A DNA stretch of 64,000 nt. It comes from Lama glama (lineage: Eukaryota). A program made the position numbers and the translations under genes. This document shows, one piece after another, positions 25,001 through 36,464 of the stretch (position 1 is its first letter; the number at the start of each line of letters is the position of its first letter). The stretch spans positions 1,490,001 through 1,554,000 of the forward strand of contig CM052818.1 of NCBI GenBank assembly GCA_028534125.1, written 5' to 3'. The notes beneath the pieces were generated by a model. It was given only the letters and a program-made list of their open reading frames with translations. It did not search any database and was not told the DNA's origin.

Positions 25001-26629
25001 ACATATGTAATCTTTCCGTATGTACTTGGCTCTGTCATGAGACAGTCTGGTTACATGACATAATGATTAACATTGATTATTGCTTTTCCTTAAAGTACTA
25101 TGTTGGGAAGATAACTGAAGAAGCAGTAGGGTAAGGAGGTGTATATTTTTAAGTGATGTAAGTTTTTTAACATAAATTAAGGGTATTACTGGAAATGTGA
25201 ATGTAAAAATAGTAACTCTACAGAGCAGGATTGGGTACAGGAAAAGGCATAAGGAGGAGTCTGTTTTTTAGTGAAATAATTTTAGTGTTATTAGATTTTT
25301 AAAATTGTGAAGTTATGTTCATTTGGCAGACATTTAAAATAAAACAAATAAACTGGGAAAACATGAATTGTTCTATAAACTTGAGTGAGCAGTCATTTGA
25401 AGGAGTGGTTTTCTGTTACTAATAAAGTAATTAAGGATATGCACAAAATTTTAGCTCTGGAGATATTCTTTGCAGGAATTATTAAATAGCAAAATATTGG
25501 AGGCAATATAAATGTCTTCTAGTTCATTATGGACAAATAAACATCCATTCTTTGAAATGCAGTACAGTGCAAATATTGTTAATAAATGTTTTTATTTGTA
25601 GAGAAAGAAATTTGTAAAATATTTTAAGCAAAAGGCAGATTTGAAAACTTTATTAAGTAATGCTTTTTTGATATACCAATATAAATGTATTAGCAGTTAT
25701 GCAGATAAATAGAAAAATACAGATGAACAAAAAGAAATCTTTATATATATAGACTGGGTTGTCATTCACCAAATAATTGGTTATTACTGAATAGAAATTA
25801 TACATTGTTTTCCATTTTTTCTTTATGTTTATTTCCTAATTTATTTTACAATTAACTACAATTAACATTGTTTGTGTTTATGGTGTGTATGTGTTGACAA
25901 AGGAAAAAGATAGTATTTCAAAAGAGCTGGGAATATCCTAATTCAGAAGAGAATTCTTTTAAAAATGACTGTTGCTTGCCTACATCTAGTGCAGCTTAAC
26001 TGCAGGGAATTTTGTTAGTGCAAAGACGGTTTCCCCCTCAATGAAATATAGTTTTAAATATGAACTGGAGACTTTCAAAGGGCTAAGGATCTCAGTTTTA
26101 ATTTTAAAGGTGATAAAGGGAAAACTTTTTCTCAACTGAAAAAAAAGCTTCACAAGTATCATAATCCTAGATTTCTCATTCTACTGATTGAAGTTCTTTG
26201 GGACCTGATTAAAGTGTATGAGAAACTCTTTATTTGTTTAGCCCTCCTTTAAAATATCACATAAAATACGCACACACATATACACACTCCTATGGGCACT
26301 AATATGTAAATAACTTTTTGGATATGATCTTGATATGTTTTTTTTCCCTTTAGTTTAACTCATTATCCTTGTTTTGTTTTGTTTTTATTTTGTTTGAATA
26401 AAATCTGATATTTGATCTAATTGCCAAAGTACCAGTTGCCAGAGCTAGCGCTGATAAACGAGAAGAAACCACTTTGCATTTGCAACTTTTTGTAGTTCTT
26501 TTGATTGGTGAGAACTGAAGAGTTAGCTTTGGAGTCTTTATATCTTGATCTTACCAATTATTTTCATGGTTATTCTTTGAGCTTCAGTCATGAGGTTACA
26601 ATCCTACTTCAGTCTATTGTATGGGATAT

Positions 26630-27105
26630 TATTTTAGCCTTGGTTTCCCTGGGGAAACCTGAGAGGTTGGTACATGAGTGGTTTATTCCAGCATAAGTAT
26701 AAGGAGGAGTGAAAAGAGAAATTGGTAAAGTTAGAACAGTGATAACAATTGTGGGGCAGTTTGGTTCCCTAATCCATGGGACTTTCTGAGAAGCCATATG
26801 GAACTCACCAGGGGAGGGACAAAAGTGAGGAGCATTTATCTGTTAGCTCTTTGGTCAGGGTTTGCCTCACTTCTGGGCTGAGGATCTTGAATGCTAAGTA
26901 CTTCTTGTGGTATTCCACACTGTGTTCTCAGCAGAGCCCCTGGGCAGGAAGCTGGAGGTGTGGTGGGGTGCTAGAACTGGTTTTGGTTTACACTATGTGA
27001 CACTTCCAAGGCTGCCCAGAACAGACTGCTGATATTTCTGCTGGAATAAGAGCTAAAGCTGAGAGAATCTGAGTGGATCTTTAAGCACAAGAGATGTCCA
27101 GTACA
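26630..27105. mobile_element. Old ERVL-class LTR (LTR33/LTR16-like)
   Basis: GC-richer block with ggtttccctggggaaacctgaga...gtggtttatt and gagcatttatc; family assignment uncertain. Confidence 0.45.
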
Positions 27106-27939
27106 GGTATCTGATACTTGGAATGTAGTGAAAATGCAAAATTGAATGGCACTGTGAAGCAGAATTAGATGCCATTAATAATTAAGGATCTAAATATTGC
27201 TAGATCTCAGATGCTTCCAGAGTAGACCATGAAACAAGATTCTTATTTCATTTTGAGAGGGAAGACAGATAACAGCTTAACTTTTTAGTGTTTTTTGTTT
27301 GACTTATCTTTTAATTCAAGATTTGTTATGTCTATTACCCCATTGAATCCTTGTGGAGGTACTGAGGTACATCTTATTAACTTTGGGTTTTTTTGTTGTT
27401 GTTTAATAAATGAGATTGTTGCGTAGAGAAGAACCTGCCCAAGTTTGAAGACTTAATACATTGCAGAGCTTAGACTTAAAGAACTGTCTTACTGCAAGAA
27501 AATTTTTTCTTCTCTTTTCTTTCTTTTTGGTATAGCATCCTGTAACTGAAGTCCATAGCAAGCTTCCAAACTATAAGCCCAAATCTCTCCCTTTTCAATT
27601 AGTTTCTAATCCTCAAGGTCATTTGTATATATTCATTTAGCCCACTAGAGGTCAGTATTGGGTTGATAAAGACAGAAGCCTTTGACTTGATTCACAGAAT
27701 TTTAACTCTTTGAGCCTTACTGCTAGGTACCCTAGGAAGTTGTTTCACAATAAAACTTTATTGAATAAGGTATGTAATGACAGTTGTGAAAGTTTGAATA
27801 GCTACATTTTTAGGTGGATAATTCAGATCAGGTAATTCTTAAGGGTTTTCCCCCCTCTTTGAATAGGTAGGAGAAAATCCAAATCATGTGTCTTAAGATA
27901 TTCCTCATCTTTTATTGGGCCAAACCTCATCCTCTTATG

Positions 27940-29650
27940 GATTTATTTATTATCTATTACCTTTATATAGTAAACATTTATCTGAGTTTACCGTACGTGT
28001 CGCTGTGTCTGGGCTTGGGGGATTCTAAGAAAGGCAAAGTAAGTCTCCTATCCTCAAAAATAGAAGATTTACACACTGAATTGCTGTACTGTCATTTTTC
28101 TACATGAACATCTGATAGGTTTACTGAATTCATCTTTTCTCCTCTTCTTTCAACTTATTATTCCCCCATTCCTATTGTTTGAATGGAACTTGGAGTTATT
28201 CTTATTTCCATCCCCTTTTCCACATACATTAAAACATTCAAATTAAAACATTCAAATTAATGTTTTATTACAATTTTATAAAATTAATTAAAACGTTAAA
28301 ATCAGTAAATTCTGTTGATTCTGCTTCTTCTGTGTCTGCCGCTACCTTAATTCAAACCTTCATCATTGTTGTTATTCATTTAGTGATCTTTACTGGTTTC
28401 CCTGTTTCTAGTCTTTATCTTCTCCCAGTTGACCGTTTCTCTACTCCTAGAGGATTTGCCTCAGTTATAAAGCTGATCCTGTTCTTCCCCTGGTGTTTCT
28501 TCTTCTGTTTCTCCATTGCCTACTAGCTAACCTTGAAACTGCTTTATATGGCATCTTTAACTTTATCTCCTGTTAGTCCTAAAAACCTATTTTCTCATAT
28601 AATATTCCGTATGCCTTGGATGGATAGTGTTATTTCACATGTAGAGGTCTTTTCACATGTGGTTCCTTTTTTTCTGGAATGGTTACCCTTTCTTTTTACC
28701 TCCCTTTGGAAAAATCATATTCGTCTTTTAAGAGCATAGTTTGCTACTTCTTCCTCTGTGAAGCTTTTCCTGAAACCCCTCCAAGGGAAGATATGATTAT
28801 TTTTTCCTTTGTCCAGTTATTGCACCTGCATTTATTTTTATTATTATACTCATTGCACTGAATCTGAGCCACTGACTTGCCTGTCTTATTTCTCATAGTA
28901 GAATAATATGCAGTTCAAGAGTCAGAAAATCCATCTTATTTTTTGTATACCCAATAATCGGTGCAATGTCTGGGGCCAAGTTGATATACAGTATGTTTTT
29001 GACTAAACATAGGGAAACAGAGAGAAAGCACTGAGTTAGAACAGTGAGAGGAAGCTTCCTAAAGGAAGAAGAATTTTAGTTAGGTTTTAGAGCAAAGAGT
29101 GCATACAAGCAGGGAGACGTCATCTGGTAGAGAAATGGTGTAAACAAAGGTATGATAGTGGAAATATTGCTAGTATATTATGAGGTAGAGTCTGATCCAA
29201 GTAGAAGAGTCATGTTGGAGAGATACATGGGAAAATTAGGTTCAGTTTCCATTGTGGTGGAGTCTAGGTGATAGATTATGGAGTTTGGATTTGTACTTGT
29301 TTAAAAATTTCCCCCCATTTTCCCTCATGCTTAATTGATGTGATGAATAATGTGGCTTAAGAAGGGCCTAGCCATAATATGCAGGGGAACTGAAATGAGA
29401 AGGCAGTAAGTTCCACTTTAAGTATGTTGGAATTAAAGTGATGGTAGAACACAGAGTAGTAATAGGAAACTAGAAATATGCTGTTGGATCTTGGGAGAGT
29501 AGAGAGAGTGGTGGAAGAACAGGGACTGAGGGATACATTTTGCTAACTTTCAATATGTTAGGAGACCAGAGAATAACATGTATGAGGGAGTCTTGAGGAA
29601 GAGGTGGTTAAATTTGAAGATTGTTCACAAAGAGAATGAAGCTAAGAAAA
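27940..29650. mobile_element. Cluster of L2 fragments in both orientations
   Basis: acttcttcctctgtgaagcttttcctga and related pyrimidine-rich L2 motifs to ~29000, purine-rich reverse-orientation L2-like sequence after it. Confidence 0.6.
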
Positions 29651-32164
29651 ATAAAGTGCCTAAATGCCTTCTAAGGTCTAGTTGTGTGCTTGGTACCCTG
29701 TCACCCCCAATTCAACTAGGCAGCAGAAATCAGTCAGCTGCTCCTTTGGCTCATGATTGTAAAGGTTGTCTTTGGAAGAATAGAATTAATGGTCCTGGTA
29801 AGATGGCTTAGCATGTTAGAAAAGAGCCCTGAAGAGCTTTTATTGGTTTTTTTTTTCCATAGATTTTCATGACACATTTTAATTTTAAATATGTATTACG
29901 TGTATTTACATATTTTTATCTATATTTACTCTTTTCCGCTTCCTGTCAATCCCATAACATATGTTTTGAATAGACGGTAGTTTTCACTTGCTTCATAGTG
30001 GATAGTGTCAGAGTATTTCATCGTTCAGTGTTTCCAACGTGGCCAGTTCCTGTTTGGTAGATCTGCCCTGACTGCTCCATTATACACCAGAGAAGCCTTG
30101 GTATTTCTGAAAGAGACCCCACGTTCTGATAAAGTCTTGGAATAAAACTTGCAATGCTCAGATTTCTCGCATGGGGTTTGCAATTTTAATTTGCTGATTT
30201 GGCCTAAACTACTGTGTGCCCCTTCAGATTGGTGGGTAAACCAGACACAACTGAGAAGAACAAATCATAGACGACCTAAAATTATTTCCATAGGATGCTT
30301 TCAGATTTGTAACATTGCAAGTGTAAATGATAGTACTCAAGTGTGGCTCCTCCTGATTGCTTTTGGTACACTGGTAGTATTTTATTGATTGTGAAAGAAA
30401 AATCTTTACCTTCAGATTCAATAAAATAGGGCCAAATTATGACAGCTTTTAGTTTTGCTGTACTGAGAGAGAGGATAGAGTTAAGGGACAAGTGATCACT
30501 CTCAAGCTGAGGGCTTGCTTTTTAAAATATGAAAGGTTTAGCTCTCCAAAGTCCTTGACCCCTTTTTGTGTGGTTTGCATTGAAAGCAAGTGGGGAAGAA
30601 TTTACTTTTGAGAGGAATAGAAAGGATATTCTGTCTAATTTGGGGTCTCAAATGCTTGGAGGATATGTGTGTCTTGTGTACAAACATAAATTCAATGTGT
30701 TTGTGTACCTTCTCTATCTCGGTCTGTTACTGAAGCCATGTATTTTGTGTAAGTCAAACCAAAATATCAGTGAGTACTGTGCAGAGAGACAAGTTAGTTT
30801 CCATTGATTCAAATCTCTGGAATGTAGCTTCTTTTCATTTTCTTGGCAGAAACTAGCTCACATAGTTCAAGTTTTTCTCTGTCCTGTTGTAATTGTCTCA
30901 TTTAACCAGTACCTGGACCAACACCTTTTACTTAATATTTATCTTGAATTCCTTACTCTCATTCAGAATATTTGGGATGATGATTTTCTCCTGTACTGAG
31001 TTCTTTTTGTCAGGAGTAGAAATGTTGTCTATTGATTAAGGAATGTATATTCCCAGAGGCCACATTTTTAAAGCTTTGCAGCTTGGGATAATGCTTTTTT
31101 TTTTTTAAAAGGAAAGTTCTGTTGCGAAATACTTTTGGAACCTGCTGGATTAGACCATATTAAAGAAATTTCCTTAAAATAGGGCTTTGGATTTTTATTC
31201 TGCTAATTGTGTGTTTGCAAGAAGCCTTGTACGACATACACATACAGTGTTTCCTGTTTACAGACCACAGAACTCTCTTTTGGGGGAAACATTTTATCCT
31301 GCTTTGAAGGACTGTTGTTGTAGTAGGAAGATCGCTGGGGTGGAATTTAGGAAATCACATTTTGGGCTTCTGATTCACCATGCCTGGCCTTGTGGCCTCT
31401 AACAAATCCTTTGTCTTCCAGCCTGTTTCCTGAATGGTGTCTAAAGTTGCTACCAGCTCTAATATTTTGGTTTAACTTCTCCTGTTGACTCTGTATAGTC
31501 ACACTTTCCACTTCCTTGGATCTATGGAAACCACACCATCATTTGAGTCCATTTTATTAAGCTGAGGAGATCATACTTTTCTATAAAAGTTTAGAAAAAG
31601 AAGTGCTTAAAACTCTGTTTTCCACAGACTAAGGTCATGAAATCCTGTTGGATTCATTAGTTCAAATCACTCTGTATAAGAAATTTCATTCTCCTGATTC
31701 AATTTATTGGTCTCTTATATCTACATAACTGTTTTTGAGAGTTCCCTAAGCTTAAAGTCTCCTGTTCCTCTCCTAAGCATAGTGGCTCTAGTATAGCACT
31801 TATCTTTTAAGAGATAAATATTTAGTCATTTGCACTAATCTCTTGGCTACTTAGGTGAAAATGAGTAGATTTAATTTTTGAGGTGATTTAGTGTGTGTAT
31901 TTGGAAAGCCTTCTTGATGGTATTGACTGATTATCTTTTATTCTATGGAAACCGGGAAAATGAATTAAGATGGATAACTCCAGGGTTAAAAATGTATACA
32001 TTAATATGCTTGGTTTTATTTCTGGGACTAAAACTACAAATTAAGGCATTTTGTTGTATAGTCTTTAAGATACCAGTCAGTTAACAATAAGAAGGTCTTC
32101 GAATGCTCAATTGTTTTATTTCTTTGTTTTTTTGTTTGTGTCTGTGTATGTGTTTCTGTCCTAG

Positions 32165-32341
32165 GCCCAACAACAAAGAAACCTGGATAACATCATCTTG
32201 CAACAACCCAGAATAGGTAGCAAGAGAAAATTTAAGAAAGATGCATATACGATTTTTGATACAGAGATAGAAAGCACTAGCCCCAAGTCTGAACAAGATT
32301 CAGGAATCCTGGACGTTGAAGATGAGGAAGATGATGAAGAG
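32165..32341 (+). CDS. EXOC6B: EXOC6B internal coding exon, 177 nt, phase 0-0 (probably equivalent to human exon 7): AQQQRNLDNIILQQPRIGSKRKFKKDAYTIFDTEIESTSPKSEQDSGILDVEDEEDDEE
   Basis: U/UG-rich tract ending cctAG (32163-32164), 59 open codons, donor GAG|GTAACT at 32342. Missed by the ORF track. Exon number is from memory. Confidence 0.96.
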
Positions 32342-33057
32342 GTAACTGACATATGAACTGGAGACGTGAACCTGTTGTTCTGTTTAAATAGAGTATGTTT
32401 GAGATATGATGAGTAACTTATCCATATGATTTAGCTTGTGTGATCTTCTGGATATTAGATACCATTTTAAATACAATATGGTCCTCTATTTAAGGAAATT
32501 GAAGATGCACAAAAATATCTTGGATTCCATTTCTTTAGATTTTAACTATACTCACCCATTTTCCCCCTAAGTTTCAGGGTTTTGGGATTGTATACTGATG
32601 GGGTGCTACATTAAGGTAGACTTCACCTGACCTAGAGAAAGATACCTAGATGACCTCCCCTGAAACGGGAACAGAGTTACTTGAGACAAATAAAAGATGT
32701 TACTTTAAACAGTAGGGAGTAAACAAAGAGATTTCTTAGCCTTGAGAAATGGTTTAGACTGAAAATATTAAAAGGTTCCAGAAAATTAAGAATACATTTC
32801 TGGAGGGAATAAGTGTATGAGTGATTATAGGGAATCTGGGAATTTAATGATGTATCCAGCACCTCTTAGTTCTGTGACACTTTCAGGTAAAGAATAAGAT
32901 CAAGTGGCTGAACTGGTATAGTTTTTTATATCCTTCTTTGTTGTTGGAAGTATATTTAATGTATTTTTAAAAATAAAACTACTGTGACATTTGAGATTTC
33001 CAGTTAAAATGTTTTTTAAAGTACGTATCATTTGCATAAACTGGATCAGTTCATTTG

Positions 33058-33525
33058 TGAGTGTGGTGGTGAGGAAGGGGCGTGAGCTTTGGGGAGTTAC
33101 AGACTGCGTTCAGATTCTGGCTTTGCCACTTTATTTTATTTTACTTTTAAAAATTATCATTAATGATCATATTATTTACTTTTCAAATGTCCACTGACTT
33201 GTGCAAGGAGCCATTTACTTCTGTTCTCAGTAACCTGTTTTGCCTTTAAGTATTTGTCTCCTTGTTGTTTCATTTCTCCAGATAAAACTGCGTTTACTGT
33301 CTCTTCTCCATCATTGGTCTTTGTTCTACCCTTACTACCCTTCTTACTTTCCTCCCCTCAATAAAGCTGCAGCCCCAAACCTGTCACTGTCCAACTTTGT
33401 GCTCTTAGGTCATTTTTAATCTGTTGGAACTTTAGTGTCTTGGTCTATCAAGTAAGACAGGAATCTCTACCTCCTAGGACTGCACAAGTGCCTGTACCAT
33501 AAAGGGGGTCAACACATGTTAGCTT
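33058..33525 (+). mobile_element. MIR SINE split by a ~250-bp insertion
   Basis: ctttggggagttacagactgcgttcagattctggctttgccactt, resuming near 33390 with tgtgctcttaggtca...tctacctcctagga...caacacatgttagc. Confidence 0.65.
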
Positions 33526-34892
33526 CTGTCCTTTTTCACTGCTCTTCCTTGCTGGTTTCATATCACTACTGTCAGTGTGCTTGTCCTTATTGTCATTCTT
33601 CTGTCACTTCAAAAATCAAGTTGGCACTGTTTAAAATGGGCTGGAAAGCAAATAAGTAAATTACTTAAGTGTCTAAAACATTAGCATTTAATTTTCATTG
33701 CTTTTCTGTCATTTGTGTCAAGCACTACATTCTTTTATGTGGTTTTGTAATTGAGGGAACACATTTCTGTAATGCAAGTCAATAATTGTATTTATTATTT
33801 ATCAGGATATGTTTACTATGTAAATGAGGTACATTAATAGTTAACAATGTGTGAAAGTTCCATTGTAATTCCTATTGTACTTGCATAACAAGAACTTCTA
33901 ATAGCTCTAAGAAATAGAGCTAAGGAAAAACCAAGCTTTCCCCTGGAAATGGAAATGGAAGACTTGATCCCCTGAATGCTTTTTGCATTCTGTCTTGCCT
34001 GACATGACTGGTCTGGTAGGATATGGATCCACTGTGGAGACCAGATTGTTAGGAATTAGGCCCAGCACTGATGACAATTATGGTAGTAGTACCATTAAAA
34101 CAGAAGTATCAAGAAAGTCCAGTTAACACTTTTTACTCACGTTTTGGGTGCTCATCAAGAAAGTTAGATTTTTTTCAGGCTCAATGGCTTAAGGAAATAG
34201 TAGTTAGATGTAGTCTATCCCCTGGATAATACACACCCCGAAGAGATGGTTATGTGATAAGATGAAAGAATGAAACATATACACAGTTCTTATATATTAG
34301 TAAGAACTTTCTGGATATGAGCTATTCTTTATCATTAACTTGCTGAAGATCCTGGCCAAGTCCTTTTTAATTTTTGTGCAATATTCTTTGTTTTGTCTTC
34401 TGAGGTCCAGGGAAGAAAGTGCGACTAGTAAAACATGTCGGGGTTCCTCATAAAGGAAGTATTATAAGAATGTACTTAGAAGTTAACATTTAAAAATGGT
34501 TCTGTATCCCAAGTCAAACAGAATTTCTATTAGAGATTTGCTGATTGAGCTCTTACAACAAGAATTCAGCACTTCACTGTCATCTAATGGCATCCTATCT
34601 TTAAAAAAAAAATCCTACCTTAGATTTATTTACTTCTCAGTTTGAATCTTCTTCAAGTGCACATTCTTAATCTCAAACCTCATGTAGAGAATTATTTATT
34701 TAGATGTCTCCAAACTGGTTTCTTGGCATAGTTCTTGCATGGTGTGAATAAATTCTTCAGATAAGGTCTTCCGTGACCCACTGTGACGTGCTGACCTTCA
34801 TTCTTGTCATTCTTCAACAGACCTCATTGAGAGCAGCGTAAATAGTTTTTGAAATATTTTGACTTTTAAACTGTGGCATAGAACAAGTAGGG

Positions 34893-35065
34893 TAGTAGTT
34901 CTTAATCTATTTAGAGGTCATATATTCTTGTGAGAGTTTGATAAAAATACATGGAGTCTTTTCCCAGTAAAATATACATATATTCACGCACAAAAAGCTC
35001 TGCATGAAATTTCAGGGAATTCATGAAACTCATGTTGCCCCTAGGACCTAAGTTAAGAACCTGTG
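34893..35065. mobile_element. hAT-Charlie (Charlie4z-like) DNA element
   Basis: tagtagttcttaat...cccagtaaaatatacata...aatttcaggg...gttaagaacc; ends form an imperfect inverted repeat (gttcttaa / ttaagaac). Confidence 0.65.
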
Positions 35066-35074
35066 TTTTCAGGG

Positions 35075-35240
35075 CAAGTGCTTCTTTAACTGTAATATGC
35101 ATAAGAATCACCTTGGGATTGTATTAAAATGCAGATTATGATTCTGCTGGTTGGGGGTGAATCTGAGAATCTGCCTTTTTAACAAGCTCCCAGGTAAGGA
35201 TGGTGCTTCTGGTTCCAGGACACCCTTTGAGTTGCAAGGC
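35075..35240. mobile_element. MER5-like hAT DNA element
   Basis: gcataagaatcacc...aaaatgcagatt...ctgagaatctgcctttttaacaagctcccagg...ctttgag. Confidence 0.85.
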
Positions 35241-36029
35241 TATAGTGGACCATGAGGAAGCATTTTTAGTACATAAAGAAAACAAACTCATGAATATTTG
35301 GGTCTCCTGTTGATTTTTCATTAATGTGGCTTAAAATTTTTCCAGCAATGAATGCACTACTTGAAGAGAAGGTTGTATTTTGTTTTCTAAAATTTGTTGC
35401 TTATAATGGATTACCAGCATTATTTTTTTTATGAAATTTTATGATTCTGATTTAATATACTTAAGTTTAGGTATTTTTTTTTCATCCTCTGAAGTTTTTA
35501 CCCTTTCCTATGCTCTTAATGGAAGTACACTTAACACATTCTTCGAGCTAAATGACATTTGTACATTATTTGCTATGGCTTTAGGTGATACTTAACAGTA
35601 GACCATGGAATGAAATGAGAAGGAAAACTAATGAACTAGAAAAATAGCTTTGCACATAGTAAACAGATACTGTATTGTTGAACTGAAGTAAAGTTTGTGC
35701 CTCAGATGGGAGAAATTTAATAGCATAGGAAACTACAGATGATGTCACAGTAGTAAATTATCATCTCGGATGAAAAACTGACTATATGTTGAACTGACTG
35801 ATGGAGCCAATCTCTTGATTGCTGGGAAGTGTTGCAGGAAGACTATTCCCTTGTAAATTTTCTCCCTATTTGTCTTTTATTTTTGTCTAAGCTAATGAAA
35901 GGGTCTTCTTAATTAAGGTAAGGGTTTTTTTTTATACTTGTCATATATTAAAATTGAACTATATAAACTGCTGATATGTCACTGTTTTTGATCAAGAACT
36001 TAATTCAGATATGTATGACTTGGGGAATT

Positions 36030-36403
36030 TTTTTAAAAAACTTTACTTTTTATACAGTTTTTAAAGGCTACTTTCCAGTTACAGTTATTACAAAATATTG
36101 GCTATATTCCCCATGTTGTACAATATATCCTTGAGTCTATCTTGTACCCCTCCACTCCCTCACCCCGTTACTGCCTGCCCCTCCCCACTAGTAACCACTA
36201 CTTTGTTCTCTGTATCTGTGGGTCTGCTTATTTTTTTTATTGTATTGACTAGTTTATTGTGTAACATTACAAGTATAAGTGATATTATACAGCATTTATC
36301 TTTCTCTGACTTATTTCATTTAGCGTAATGTCCTTCAAGTCCATCCATGTTGCTGCAAATGGCAAAATTTCATTCTTTTTTATGGCTGAGTGGCATTCCA
36401 TTA

Positions 36404-36464
<61 letters not shown>

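Noticed and set aside
28228..28260. Small direct duplications (14-bp unit here; also 42090-42124 and 55852-55883)
   Set aside because: Two copies only, typical slippage products; no array or CRISPR-like structure.
32161..32352. Minus-strand Ser-rich ORF
   Set aside because: Antisense shadow of the acidic EXOC6B exon.
33215..33320. Possible C/D-box snoRNA on the minus strand (ATGATGG...CTGA)
   Set aside because: Imperfect C box, no terminal stem, antisense to the host gene, no recognisable rRNA guide.
35170..35200. CAG|GTAAG recursive-splice-like motif
   Set aside because: Inside a MER5 element with a weak pyrimidine tract and an upstream AG; the intron is only 18 kb.
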